A stretch of 20,000 nt of DNA from an uncultured virus (IMG/VR IMGVR_UViG_3300022555_000016) (IMGVR_UViG_3300022555_000016), one strand, 5' to 3'; shown: positions 1-8,293, numbered from the stretch's first letter. Notes: generated by a model not told the origin, from the letters alone. Made by a program: numbers and translations.

Positions 1-134
1 TGCTCTCTGACAAACTTTTTAGCACTGTCAGGATTGGAGTAGATTCCAACCAAAACTTCTGTATAGTTACGGTCACGGTCAGGGTAGCAATAGCTGTAGG
101 TTCTGCGAACTACGGTATAAACAAGACCAGCCAT
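1..134 (-). CDS. Hypothetical phage protein, 5' part (runs off the window edge)
   Basis: ATG at 134 preceded by AAGAGG; open frame MAGLVYTVVRRTYSYCYPDRDRNYTEVLVGIYSNPDSAKKFVRE to the edge; co-directional with neighbours. Confidence 0.6.
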   Translation of the reverse strand, partial: MAGLVYTVVRRTYSYCYPDRDRNYTEVLVGIYSNPDSAKKFVRE

Positions 135-147
135 GATTGGTTGCCTC

Positions 148-555
148 TTACTTCAACCATTCTTTGGGAAACCCCAAAATTCTTACGTCTAAGTTTATCA
201 CGTCGCAGAGTTTCTTAAGATCATGAACATCGCTGCGCTTGGAACGCTGCTCTGCTCTAACAACGAGTTCTACAGAGACTCCTGACTTAAACGCCAAGTC
301 TTCTACAGACAACCCGGCTGCCAATCTAGCGTCCTGGATATCTTGTTCGCTATTAGGTAGAATAGCAGTACCTTTGTCAAAAATCTCCAAGATCATTGCT
401 TTAAACGCTACTGGAGTCATAATAGTTTTAAGATAATCAGCAGTAATTCTAACTCCGGTAGCAGGCTGACTATCTATAGCAATGTGATCTTGACACCTAA
501 CAAAAACATCAGGTGTTGTATCAACACCTTTACTGTTTGTAATAACGTAGTCCAT
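148..555 (-). CDS. XRE/Cro-family HTH protein (C-terminal HTH, unknown N-terminal domain)
   Basis: IQDARLAAGLSVEDLAFKSGVSVELVVRAEQR...DLKKLCDVINLD is a typical XRE HTH. Start placed at ATG 555, behind an AGGAGG SD. Confidence 0.8.
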   Translation of the reverse strand: MDYVITNSKGVDTTPDVFVRCQDHIAIDSQPATGVRITADYLKTIMTPVAFKAMILEIFDKGTAILPNSEQDIQDARLAAGLSVEDLAFKSGVSVELVVRAEQRSKRSDVHDLKKLCDVINLDVRILGFPKEWLK

Positions 556-613
556 AACGAACCTCCTGCTCAACTGGACGACTCATCCTAACAGGACGAA
601 CTCCAAAAGTCAA

Positions 614-1102
614 CTACAATTTACACCAGTCGTCCCACAAGTTAATTACTTGTTTACCTTCCGACAAAGCGTAACGGACAGCGTTTGCTGCCCCACCTTC
701 AGTTTGACCGTTCCACAAAGCTAATACAACGTCACCGTGATCTACAACCCAGTGGTCGCGTTCTTTCCAACGGTCTTTAATATGCTGCCCTTGGTTCTTA
801 AACACACCGTCATGGATATGAACTGTAGCGTAGGTCAACAAATCATCTAATTGTTGCTTAGCTTCAATCGGCCAGTTGTGACCTTGTTTTGAATGAGATA
901 AAGCAGCGACTAGCGGAATTCCTAACTGCTTAGCTGCACGAGCTACAGCCCAATCCCAACCTGGAGCCAACCCAGAGATAACTTTGTTTACTGACTGTTG
1001 AGGTAGCAACCAAGTTAAGGGTAGGTTAAAGAGTTTGATATCTACCTCGGGAGTAAAACCACCGAGAAGTGGTGGTTGGTGTCCGGTTACTGAGAGGTTC
1101 AT
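614..1102 (-). CDS. SLOG-superfamily protein (YspA/DUF1273-like)
   Basis: Motifs VTGHQP, ISGLAPGWDWAVARAA, RDHWVVDHGDVVLALWNG and GGAANAVRYA match the YspA-like SLOG pattern (TGHRP, SGxAxGxD, RNxxMVD, GGTxxxxxYA). Confidence 0.85.
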   Translation of the reverse strand: MNLSVTGHQPPLLGGFTPEVDIKLFNLPLTWLLPQQSVNKVISGLAPGWDWAVARAAKQLGIPLVAALSHSKQGHNWPIEAKQQLDDLLTYATVHIHDGVFKNQGQHIKDRWKERDHWVVDHGDVVLALWNGQTEGGAANAVRYALSEGKQVINLWDDWCKL

Positions 1103-1194
1103 GATTCAAGCTGCCATTAAAGTCGCTATCCCAGAAATCCTGGCGGTTCTCTCAGGTAAACTAAGAACATGAGCCAACAACTCTTGCTCAGTAG

Positions 1195-2040
1195 TTATTG
1201 CTTTTGGTTCCATAGTTTGAGTGCCTCCTTGTTGGCCGCTTGGACCAGCAAATCCAAGTCAGCCGCGTACCAACCTGCACCATTAAACCCTTGAACCTCA
1301 AGAAGATAGAGGTAACCATTAGATTCACAAACATCCAAGGTAAACATTGAACAAGGGTTATGGTTTAAGATAACCTTCTCGCCAAAATCCAGCACATTAT
1401 CAGGGACAATAGCACTCTTGTACGGGTAACCACGCCTACGATACTGACTTCCAGTTACTACTTGCCCATCAGCAACAAATAACCGCCACTCATTGGTGAT
1501 TTTGAACGGAATACCCAGAACTACTTTAGTGTCACCGGTCAAACCAAATAGTTTTCCTTCCATTACGTCGTTGTAGAAACTTTTTAGTTTGTCGTAGGTG
1601 TAAACCTCCCCAACAATAGATTTGGAATCATTGAAAGGTCTGACAAACAACTCGGTTAGGTATTCTTGAATAGTTTTGCTAGAAGACATTACTTCAGGAA
1701 TATCTTTTATCGGCAAAACCCAAGTGGTTCTTGAAGAGTTTAGCAAAAACTCTTCCCAATGTTCTACCCACACAGCGTAGTTAAAAAAGTCAATAGTAGA
1801 AAATATTCCAGGATACCAATTAGGTCTATGTTTAACAGCATTGTCACAAAAAGATGTGCTACCTGACAATAGTACAGGACCATCATAATCAATAGTCGGC
1901 AGATACTCCGGCAAGTCAGAAGTAAAAGGTTTAATGACTACTTCTTCTGCAATAGCGTTGTTTCTACGAATAGCATCCAACAACTGCTGATTGTCAAAAG
2001 AGTTTCCCAAGCTGGTTTGAACTATCCACAGAGGTTTCAT
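1195..2040 (-). CDS. ATP-grasp domain protein (DUF4343/R2K-like)
   Basis: LFVRPFNDSKSIVG, EWRLFVADGQVVTGSQY and FTLDVCE...LLEVQGFNGAGWY are characteristic of phage R2K-type ATP-grasp proteins. Confidence 0.8.
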   Translation of the reverse strand: MKPLWIVQTSLGNSFDNQQLLDAIRRNNAIAEEVVIKPFTSDLPEYLPTIDYDGPVLLSGSTSFCDNAVKHRPNWYPGIFSTIDFFNYAVWVEHWEEFLLNSSRTTWVLPIKDIPEVMSSSKTIQEYLTELFVRPFNDSKSIVGEVYTYDKLKSFYNDVMEGKLFGLTGDTKVVLGIPFKITNEWRLFVADGQVVTGSQYRRRGYPYKSAIVPDNVLDFGEKVILNHNPCSMFTLDVCESNGYLYLLEVQGFNGAGWYAADLDLLVQAANKEALKLWNQKQ

Positions 2041-2043
2041 GAT

Positions 2044-2247
2044 TTACTCCAAGGTTAAAACTGTATTAAAGCGATTGCCCGTAGTTGTCAATTCGTAAGC
2101 AACCTGTACAACGTTGTAGGAAAAATAAGCTGTTTTTAATTGATCATCTTCTTGGACCCTTACGATCTCTCCTACTCTAGGAAGGAGATTAAACTTTGTT
2201 TGTTTTCTAGTGTTTGTCTTGCGGAAAAACAACTCTACGTCAATCAT
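2044..2247 (-). CDS. Hypothetical protein (67 aa)
   Basis: AGGAG SD, tight packing with the next gene, LLPRVGEIV motif common in small phage beta-rich proteins. Confidence 0.7.
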   Translation of the reverse strand: MIDVELFFRKTNTRKQTKFNLLPRVGEIVRVQEDDQLKTAYFSYNVVQVAYELTTTGNRFNTVLTLE

Positions 2248-2299
2248 AGCTACTCTCCTGGTTATCGTTTGTAGTGCCTAACATGGTAGAGGCTACCTG

Positions 2300-2336
2300 A
2301 ACAGAACAGGATGACTCTCACTCACCCTGTTTTGTT
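2300..2336. terminator. Intergenic stem-loop (possible terminator or processing site)
   Basis: Imperfect inverted repeat aacagaacaggatga ... tcaccctgttttgtt between two minus-strand genes. Confidence 0.4.
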
Positions 2337-2353
2337 TTGTCTAGGTGTGTTGA

Positions 2354-3343
2354 CTAAACTTCCCTAACAACTACTATTGTCTTAATTTCAGTAGTTACTT
2401 CAGCCACAACTTTAGCAATTTTACACCTTGAGAAAATAGTGTCTTTACGCCCAGCTAACTCCTTAGCTTTGCCTAAAGCGGAATCATAGTCAGGGTATTC
2501 ACCCTTAAGAGCTACCTCGTTTTCAATGACAAAGTAGCTTACTTTGACTTTGGCTTCAGGTTCGTAGTTTTCCAACTCAGAGATTACTTGATTATCCTTA
2601 CCCCTATTTTTACCGTTCAAAGAATAGCTATCTTGCGAACCATCAGTGAATTTTACTATGTTGTCATGAGCAAACTTAGCTGTGTTATGATAACTAACGA
2701 CTAACCCGTCGTGTTTCCGACGCAAAGGTTTGGTCCAATCAATGATACTGGTCGCCATAGCTTTAACTTCCTCTTGTTGGTAGTTGATTACGTCGTAGTC
2801 ACAAACTCTATCTGGAAACACCCTACCCGTAATAGAATCTACGTCATAGTCCGGCGTAGATACGTCTTTAACCTTGACACGAGTCTTTCCTGGGTAAAAC
2901 ATACTGGGAGGATAGGAGCCAGCTACTTCTACCTCGTACCTAGTTTTTAAAGGCTTAGAAAAATCAACGTTTGGTAGCTCAGCTAGATCAAAGTTTTCCA
3001 AGCATCCTCCAGGAGTTATGGAGTTTTCAGCAATTCCGTAGAAACTAACTACTTTGTCAGTAGTAGAGTTGAAATCTGGCCTGAAAGTAGAGACCAACGC
3101 ACCGTCCCGCTTACGGCGCAGTGGTTGATTCCACTGCAAAGGTTTAGTACAGTTTTCTATGTCATAGGTGTAGTGTTCAGAGTCTAACCGACAACCGTCA
3201 ACCGCGTAGACTGCACTGGTTCGGTCAGAAAAGTTAACCTTAAACTTATCACCAAGAATCGGCTCAACGGATATAGCCGGTGTGCCGTCAATTTTAAGTC
3301 GGATGGGTTTGTTCCAATCTATGTTAGCCACTGTAGTAGCCAT
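2354..3343 (-). CDS. Hypothetical protein with four tandem repeat modules
   Basis: Start at ATG 3343 behind AAGGAG. Repeats begin IDWNKPIRLKIDG, LQWNQPLRRKRDG, VDFSKPLKTR and IDWTKPLRRKHDG, and each ends in a (D/L)(I/L/V)(E/I)N-like motif. Confidence 0.8.
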   Translation of the reverse strand: MATTVANIDWNKPIRLKIDGTPAISVEPILGDKFKVNFSDRTSAVYAVDGCRLDSEHYTYDIENCTKPLQWNQPLRRKRDGALVSTFRPDFNSTTDKVVSFYGIAENSITPGGCLENFDLAELPNVDFSKPLKTRYEVEVAGSYPPSMFYPGKTRVKVKDVSTPDYDVDSITGRVFPDRVCDYDVINYQQEEVKAMATSIIDWTKPLRRKHDGLVVSYHNTAKFAHDNIVKFTDGSQDSYSLNGKNRGKDNQVISELENYEPEAKVKVSYFVIENEVALKGEYPDYDSALGKAKELAGRKDTIFSRCKIAKVVAEVTTEIKTIVVVREV

Positions 3344-3441
3344 ATTGGCAACTCCTTGGTTTGTTAATAAACAATAACCGCTACTTTTGCCGTTGCTGCC
3401 CAAGTAGCTAAAGTTTTTGAAAGACTGCCGTGCTTGTTGCT

Positions 3442-3684
3442 TCACAAAAAATTCCTAACTAAACTTCTAATTTTATCTTGATCATAATTTACCAACATAT
3501 CTTGAATAGTTTTAGGATAATTTTTATTAGCTGACTCTAACATAGAGTTAAGATAATCTTCTTGAATAATGATAAAATTATTATTGCTACGTACAACTCT
3601 AACGGCACCTTTCATGGCTAAATCTAAAACTTTACCGGAGGTTTTGTTTAGCTCAGTCGCAGATACTTGATGTTGAACGATCAT
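3442..3684 (-). CDS. Phd/YefM-family antitoxin-like protein (orphan)
   Basis: VSATELNKTSGKVLDLAMKGAVRVVRSNNNFIIIQEDY matches the Phd/YefM N-terminal DNA-binding pattern; GGAGG SD; locally AT-rich. Confidence 0.75.
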   Translation of the reverse strand: MIVQHQVSATELNKTSGKVLDLAMKGAVRVVRSNNNFIIIQEDYLNSMLESANKNYPKTIQDMLVNYDQDKIRSLVRNFL

Positions 3685-3711
3685 AAGTCCCTCCGTTGTT
3701 GAACATTTAAC

Positions 3712-3741
3712 ACTGTAGCACAGCAGTGGCTAGTCTGTCAA
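3712..3741 (-). promoter_or_regulatory. Sigma70-like promoter for the antitoxin-like gene
   Basis: TTGACA (3741-3736), 18 nt spacer, TACAGT (3717-3712) with extended -10 TG. Confidence 0.65.
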
Positions 3742-3765
3742 GAAGAACCAACTAACCACTGCTGT
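3720..3765. repeat. 15-bp inverted repeat overlapping the promoter
   Basis: acagcagtggctagt (3720-3734) / actaaccactgctgt (3751-3765), 14/15 match, enclosing the -35 box. Confidence 0.8.
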
Positions 3766-3793
3766 TTTGTGCAGTTAAGGTTAAACGGATAAT

Positions 3794-4798
3794 TTAAACA
3801 GCAGCTAGAGTTTGCTTCATTAGAACCCGAATATTTTTGGGTAGCGACTCTTTGTCCAGTAGGTATAAGGAAAAAGCTTCAGCAAACAAGGAGCGGGCTG
3901 ACTTCATGGCGCTATCAGAGATAATGACGGACTTAGCACCTATTTCCAGTGGGTTTTTGGGAGATATCTCGTCCAGGTTGGCTTCTTTATCTTCCAACAT
4001 GAAGTCAATATCAGCTTTTTCAAGAGCATGAACCCGTTTAAAGAAGCGGAATATCTCTTTGGCTAAGAGAAGGCGAGATTCATCCTCCTTTAATGAAGCT
4101 AGTAACTCCTTGCAGGAACCCGTTTGCTTCAAGTCTTGAATGATACTTTTTATATCAACATCTGTAGTCTGCGACAACACCGTCGATTTAATAAAAACTG
4201 CCACCCACTTACTTTTAAGTTCTGCTGTAACTAGATTGTACCAGAGTGAGTTTCCGGTCTCACGTCCTACGTAGGAATCTAGCGACTCCAAGTCTTCATC
4301 TTTTGGTCGCAGAATGAAAATGTCGTCTTTGTCATCCTTGCGATTATGCTTGTAAGAAGCCACCAACTTACCTGCTGGAGGGCGAAGTTCGACTCGAATT
4401 TGCTTAGAGGCGAACCAGCCGCGCTGTTTGGCTATACCACCGACTTTCTGTAACGATGTGGTTATAACTTCCAAGTCGGCATCAGACAACTCTGTAAATA
4501 CGTGTACTTCGCCCCAGGGCTGTATTTTTATACTCTTGGCATAGGTCTCAATTTTTACACCGAAAACAGACCCGAAGCAAAACGGAGATGAGCCCAAATT
4601 GGCTACAGCTTCCCTCTTAGCAAACTCCACTTCCGTCTTACACTCAGAGTTGTACATATCAGCGTTATTGATTACACCGCTATACGTGGTATCAGTACCA
4701 CTGTCTTTAGGCGCTTTCTTAACACTTTCAACTAATACCAAATGTTTCTTGTTTTTCTCATCAACAATGACAACGAAGTCTTTTTCTTTTATGATCAT
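3794..4798 (-). CDS. Hypothetical protein, possible degenerate zincin/metallopeptidase fold
   Basis: 334-aa ORF with AAGGAG SD. YVGRETGNSLW sits where HExGH would be expected, and the C-terminal SLFAEAFSLY resembles the zincin E-x-F-A-E-x-F motif. Confidence 0.6.
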   Translation of the reverse strand: MIIKEKDFVVIVDEKNKKHLVLVESVKKAPKDSGTDTTYSGVINNADMYNSECKTEVEFAKREAVANLGSSPFCFGSVFGVKIETYAKSIKIQPWGEVHVFTELSDADLEVITTSLQKVGGIAKQRGWFASKQIRVELRPPAGKLVASYKHNRKDDKDDIFILRPKDEDLESLDSYVGRETGNSLWYNLVTAELKSKWVAVFIKSTVLSQTTDVDIKSIIQDLKQTGSCKELLASLKEDESRLLLAKEIFRFFKRVHALEKADIDFMLEDKEANLDEISPKNPLEIGAKSVIISDSAMKSARSLFAEAFSLYLLDKESLPKNIRVLMKQTLAAV

Positions 4799-4848
4799 GC
4801 CACAAACTCCTTAAGTTATTAAAAGCCAACGCTAGTTACCCAAACAAG

Positions 4849-5325
4849 TCAAACTACTTTAACTTCCGGCCAGCCCAAGTGCTGTGCTACAACCTGTGCT
4901 TCTTGAAACATCTCCTCCCTGTATCGGAACAATGAATCACTATCTTTACTTACCCAGCCACGAGCAGCTATGTTTAAGGCTGAGTAGTTAGCCTCCAGGA
5001 GCTTAGAATCGTCTACCAACTTTGACCAATTAGACTCAAAGTTAAAATTACCACTACGACAATTCAAGACAGTCTTAGTCCCTACATCAAAAATAGCTTC
5101 AGCCCTAATTTTGATAGATAAAGACAAGGAAGGTTGGTCAGAGACAGGGCTGATTATCGGGTCTACTATGACACCGTTACCGTTTAGAGCAACGACAACC
5201 AAACGGTTACTGTCTAGTAATGACGGTTTACAGGTCAAAATTGTCGTTCCTATCACATTAGAAGTCAGCAAAGTTGCTGCGGAAGCAACTGTACCTATTA
5301 GTACTGAACTTCGAGTAAGATTCAT
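4849..5325 (-). CDS. Hypothetical protein with hydrophobic, signal-like N-terminus
   Basis: 158-aa ORF beginning MNLTRSSVLIGTVASAATLL. Confidence 0.65.
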   Translation of the reverse strand: MNLTRSSVLIGTVASAATLLTSNVIGTTILTCKPSLLDSNRLVVVALNGNGVIVDPIISPVSDQPSLSLSIKIRAEAIFDVGTKTVLNCRSGNFNFESNWSKLVDDSKLLEANYSALNIAARGWVSKDSDSLFRYREEMFQEAQVVAQHLGWPEVKVV

Positions 5326-5329
5326 TATA

Positions 5330-5498
5330 GCTATCTTTCTAGAGTTGATTGTAGCAAATAGTCGCAGGTCTTACGTAAGGTTGTTAAGCTATTATAAGTC
5401 CTGTCTTTAGGCCACAAATTACTGGAGACCTGGGATGTACTACTAGACACCCTTTACCTCGAGTGCATGCACCGGGCTATTAGTTAACCTTAAACAGT
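5330..5498 (-). ncRNA. Candidate omegaRNA/right-end RNA of the solo TnpB
   Basis: Non-coding ~170 nt directly 3' of tnpB; local hairpin GGGTGT-ctagtagt-ACATCC; exact 7-bp long-range inverted pair caggtct (5365-5371) / agacctg (5426-5432). Boundaries uncertain. Confidence 0.4.
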
Positions 5499-7232
5499 TC
5501 AACCGACGTAGTGATTGCCTCTAATTAACCGTGAGTCCTTCTGAATCTGAATCTTGAAAGGTGTTGTTAGTACCTTCTTGACCCAGTCTTGGTCAACCGT
5601 AGGCAATCCCATACGAGTCTTGAACTTTCTAAGGACGTTTACTGAGGATTGAACGTCAGAGTGAACATGAATCCCTTTAGCGGTGATATACAAGCCTCGT
5701 CGGACCCGTGTACCACTGTAATGAGGACTGGGAGCACCCTTAACATAGCATGGAGGGAGATAGTCACCGTCCATAGCAGACCCTTTACTAGTGTGTGATT
5801 CATTCTGTAAGTGGACTGTAATACCTACTGCTACGCACTTGTAGGTTAACATTTCCACGAACCGATTGAAGGGGAGCCTAGTAAAGTTCTTCATACCCTT
5901 AGCAAACTGTTTCCAGTCTAGATTCCTACCGATAACTAGGATTACGACACCCTTCTCCACGAGCAGCTTCACTAGCGTGCTGGAAACGTTGTGGAGGTAG
6001 TGGTCCAGTCTATTTCTAAGCTTATTGTAAGCGGCTTGAATCCTCTTTGAAGAGTTCTGTGGGACTTTAGAAGTTAGAATCTGACTCAACTCCTGATCGT
6101 ACTCAGGAGGCTCGGGGTACAATGAATCGTGAGTAGCAAAAGCTTGCTGAACCATCAAACCTAGCATAAGGTAGTTAAACGGGTTGGACTCAGGGTCTTT
6201 CAACTCCCTAAGACGTTTCCTCTTCAACTCTAGCTCTTCTTTAGCTTTAGTACGTTCGTCTATTAACTGACGTTCCCTAGCCGGTTTAGACCAGTAGAGG
6301 TCCCGTTTAAGCTCTTCTATCTGGTAGTAGGACCAAAGTAATAGAGACTTCAGAATCCAACCGTTAAAGGCTATAGGCTTTGGATTACCTTCGATTACCC
6401 CAGCGGCTGTAACGTTTAACCCTAGGTCAAAGCTTGCTATGGCTTGTAGTTCTTCCTGCTTAGCAGTCCAGTTACCTGTAATCTCTTCGTTGTAGACTAC
6501 TTCTACGTTGTAACCACCTACTATTGGTATGTAGCGTACTTCCGTGATTCCAACGTCTCTTAGGACAGGTTTACCCCTGGAATCCTTCTTTATAGCTTGT
6601 TTACCGTTAGCGTCGGTAACAACTTGAGGTTGCATGTGGAGGGTGAAGGGTATTTCCTGTTTAAACTCAGGATTCTTAGGGCAAAGGGTGATGATTCCCT
6701 TGGGAGCAATAGACTCTGATAACCTAGCGCCTTTGACCTGTTTCCTATCAGAATCAATGATCTGACCACCGGACATGGTCTGGTAGGTAAATTTAACAGG
6801 CTTACGACTGTCAGTCCTACGGATGTACTTATCACCCTTGAATCCAGGCGGTTGAGGGCAAGCCTTGTACTTCTTAGGAAACTGTTTCTGGAGTTCCTTG
6901 CTTTTAGTCCACTCCCAGAAGTCAAACCAAGCTGCTTCGAAGGACTTCCAGTCGTCATGGAGCATCTTAACGGTAGCTTGAGCTACTTTAGCAGGTAACC
7001 GTTGGTACTCTAGAGTCGGTTTTAACAGCTTAACTAGCTCTGGTAGACTAGGAATCCTACGCCGTTGGAAGCCTGGTTTCTTATAGTTGTCTTGGTTGTA
7101 ATTCCAGATTTCTAGTAGAAGGTGGAGACCTACATGATAGAGTTTGGAGGACAAAAAGCAAGTACGATCAATACTCCTATCCCAAGGGTGTTTTGGACCT
7201 ACAAACTGTTTTTGAGTCCTAGTTTCTAACAT
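5499..7232 (-). CDS. tnpB: TnpB-like RNA-guided endonuclease (IS200/IS605 OrfB), rearranged-RuvC type, enlarged
   Basis: RuvC-I IASFDLGLN; LDHYLHNVS bridge region; LVIGRNLDWKQ (canonical Glu replaced by Gly); LTYKC...GITVHLQNESHTSK (relocated Glu); RVRRGLY; RuvC-III HSDVQSSVNVLRK; no CxxC zinc finger. Confidence 0.88.
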   Translation of the reverse strand: MLETRTQKQFVGPKHPWDRSIDRTCFLSSKLYHVGLHLLLEIWNYNQDNYKKPGFQRRRIPSLPELVKLLKPTLEYQRLPAKVAQATVKMLHDDWKSFEAAWFDFWEWTKSKELQKQFPKKYKACPQPPGFKGDKYIRRTDSRKPVKFTYQTMSGGQIIDSDRKQVKGARLSESIAPKGIITLCPKNPEFKQEIPFTLHMQPQVVTDANGKQAIKKDSRGKPVLRDVGITEVRYIPIVGGYNVEVVYNEEITGNWTAKQEELQAIASFDLGLNVTAAGVIEGNPKPIAFNGWILKSLLLWSYYQIEELKRDLYWSKPARERQLIDERTKAKEELELKRKRLRELKDPESNPFNYLMLGLMVQQAFATHDSLYPEPPEYDQELSQILTSKVPQNSSKRIQAAYNKLRNRLDHYLHNVSSTLVKLLVEKGVVILVIGRNLDWKQFAKGMKNFTRLPFNRFVEMLTYKCVAVGITVHLQNESHTSKGSAMDGDYLPPCYVKGAPSPHYSGTRVRRGLYITAKGIHVHSDVQSSVNVLRKFKTRMGLPTVDQDWVKKVLTTPFKIQIQKDSRLIRGNHYVG

Positions 7233-7387
7233 CTCGTGAGTCCAATTTAAAAAGAGTCTAGGAGAAAATTTACAACCAAAATTAAGATTCTGACTCGAGG
7301 TGAATCAGAAAAAGATTCTAGAAAGATTCTTACAAAAAACTTAAGGTTCTTGTAGAAACTAAGTTAAGGTATTCAATACTAGACCCA

Positions 7388-7567
7388 TTAGGTTTTGTCC
7401 TTACCTCGATACTTATCCAACAACTTCTTCTCGTCTTCATCAAGGTGGTCATAAGGAAGACCGCCGGACATGTTGAGTAGAAGATTTTGTAGTTGAGCTT
7501 CTTCTGACTCAGGTTCGGACAATAGGGCACAGTTCTGATCAAGCTCAAGGCCAAAAGTTTCTGACAT
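7388..7567 (-). CDS. Small acidic hypothetical protein (59 aa, not in the ORF track)
   Basis: AAGGAG SD then MSETFGLELDQNCALLSEPESEEAQLQNLLLNMSGGLPYDHLDEDEKKLLDKYRGKDKT*; better supported than the track's 7330..7572 frame. Confidence 0.75.
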   Translation of the reverse strand: MSETFGLELDQNCALLSEPESEEAQLQNLLLNMSGGLPYDHLDEDEKKLLDKYRGKDKT

Positions 7568-7581
7568 GACAAACTCCTTTA

Positions 7582-8055
7582 TTACACCAAATATCTGTAA
7601 CCGCTACAATTAAATCCAAAATTAAGCCACTTTATTTGCTCCTTTGTTAAAGGAGAAAGTAATTCATTAGTCAATATAACTTTACATTTAATAATTAAAA
7701 CCATTAGGTTTACGTAACCTTTTCTCTTAACCTTTATGTCCGACAAGGACCACTCTTCTCCAGTTATCTGGTAATCAGAAACAGATTCAGGAACTATTAG
7801 TTGTTTTCTAGTTACGTAGACCGTAGGATTTTCTATTACTTGCCCCTGACCATACAATAGCTCGCGGATTATAGTTCCGTAGTTTGGTTTTACATGCCCT
7901 GTAATAGCGTACAAGCATTGCTTGACAGTAGGACAAAAGCAAACTCTTCTAGTAACCAAGTCCTCTGGTTTTACTGCGGACCCTGGAATTCGTGCTGACA
8001 GAATAGGATTCTCTCCTAAGTCTTTAGAGGATACATGGTATCTAGTCTTAGCCAT
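7582..8055 (-). CDS. Hypothetical phage protein, possible ADP-ribosyltransferase-like fold
   Basis: Start MAKTRYHVSS at 8055 behind AAGGAAGG. Motifs YHVS, RIP...ED...RVCFCPTVKQCLYAI and D...TGEEW. The fold call is tentative. Confidence 0.6.
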   Translation of the reverse strand: MAKTRYHVSSKDLGENPILSARIPGSAVKPEDLVTRRVCFCPTVKQCLYAITGHVKPNYGTIIRELLYGQGQVIENPTVYVTRKQLIVPESVSDYQITGEEWSLSDIKVKRKGYVNLMVLIIKCKVILTNELLSPLTKEQIKWLNFGFNCSGYRYLV

Positions 8056-8293
8056 AAAAGTTACCTTCCTTACGATTCTTGATAGCACACCACCAATCAG
8101 TTTTATGACGCAAAACACCCCAAGATAAAGCTACCAACTGACCGTCTACCCAATAAGACTTATAGTTACCAGTAGAAGCCTCTACTTTAACCGTGGGGTA
8201 GTGGTGTCTAACATAGTCTAACACCGAGTCAATGCTATTAAGGCGTTCCTTCTTTCCACCGTTTAACAGTCTCCATCCTACGTTTCCTACCAT
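8048..8293 (-). CDS. Hypothetical protein
   Basis: ATG 8293 coupled by a TAATG overlap to the upstream ORF; overlaps the downstream gene start. Confidence 0.6.
   Translation of the reverse strand: MVGNVGWRLLNGGKKERLNSIDSVLDYVRHHYPTVKVEASTGNYKSYWVDGQLVALSWGVLRHKTDWWCAIKNRKEGNFYG

Noticed and set aside
1099..1198. 30-codon frame ITTEQELLAHVLSLPERTARISGIATLMAA between the ATP-grasp and SLOG genes
   Set aside because: No standard start codon; possibly a gene remnant, but not supportable.
6590..6958. 122-aa minus-strand ORF inside tnpB
   Set aside because: Out-of-frame overlap with no motifs; Ser/Leu/Arg-rich composition typical of shadow frames.
5326..7390. CRISPR array next to the TnpB/Cas12f-like gene
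   Set aside because: No regularly spaced 25-40 nt direct repeats on either side; only three 8-nt AAGATTCT copies with irregular short spacing.
7330..7572. 80-aa ORF from the track
   Set aside because: The alternative frame 7388..7567 has an ATG with a well-spaced AAGGAG SD and a more natural composition.
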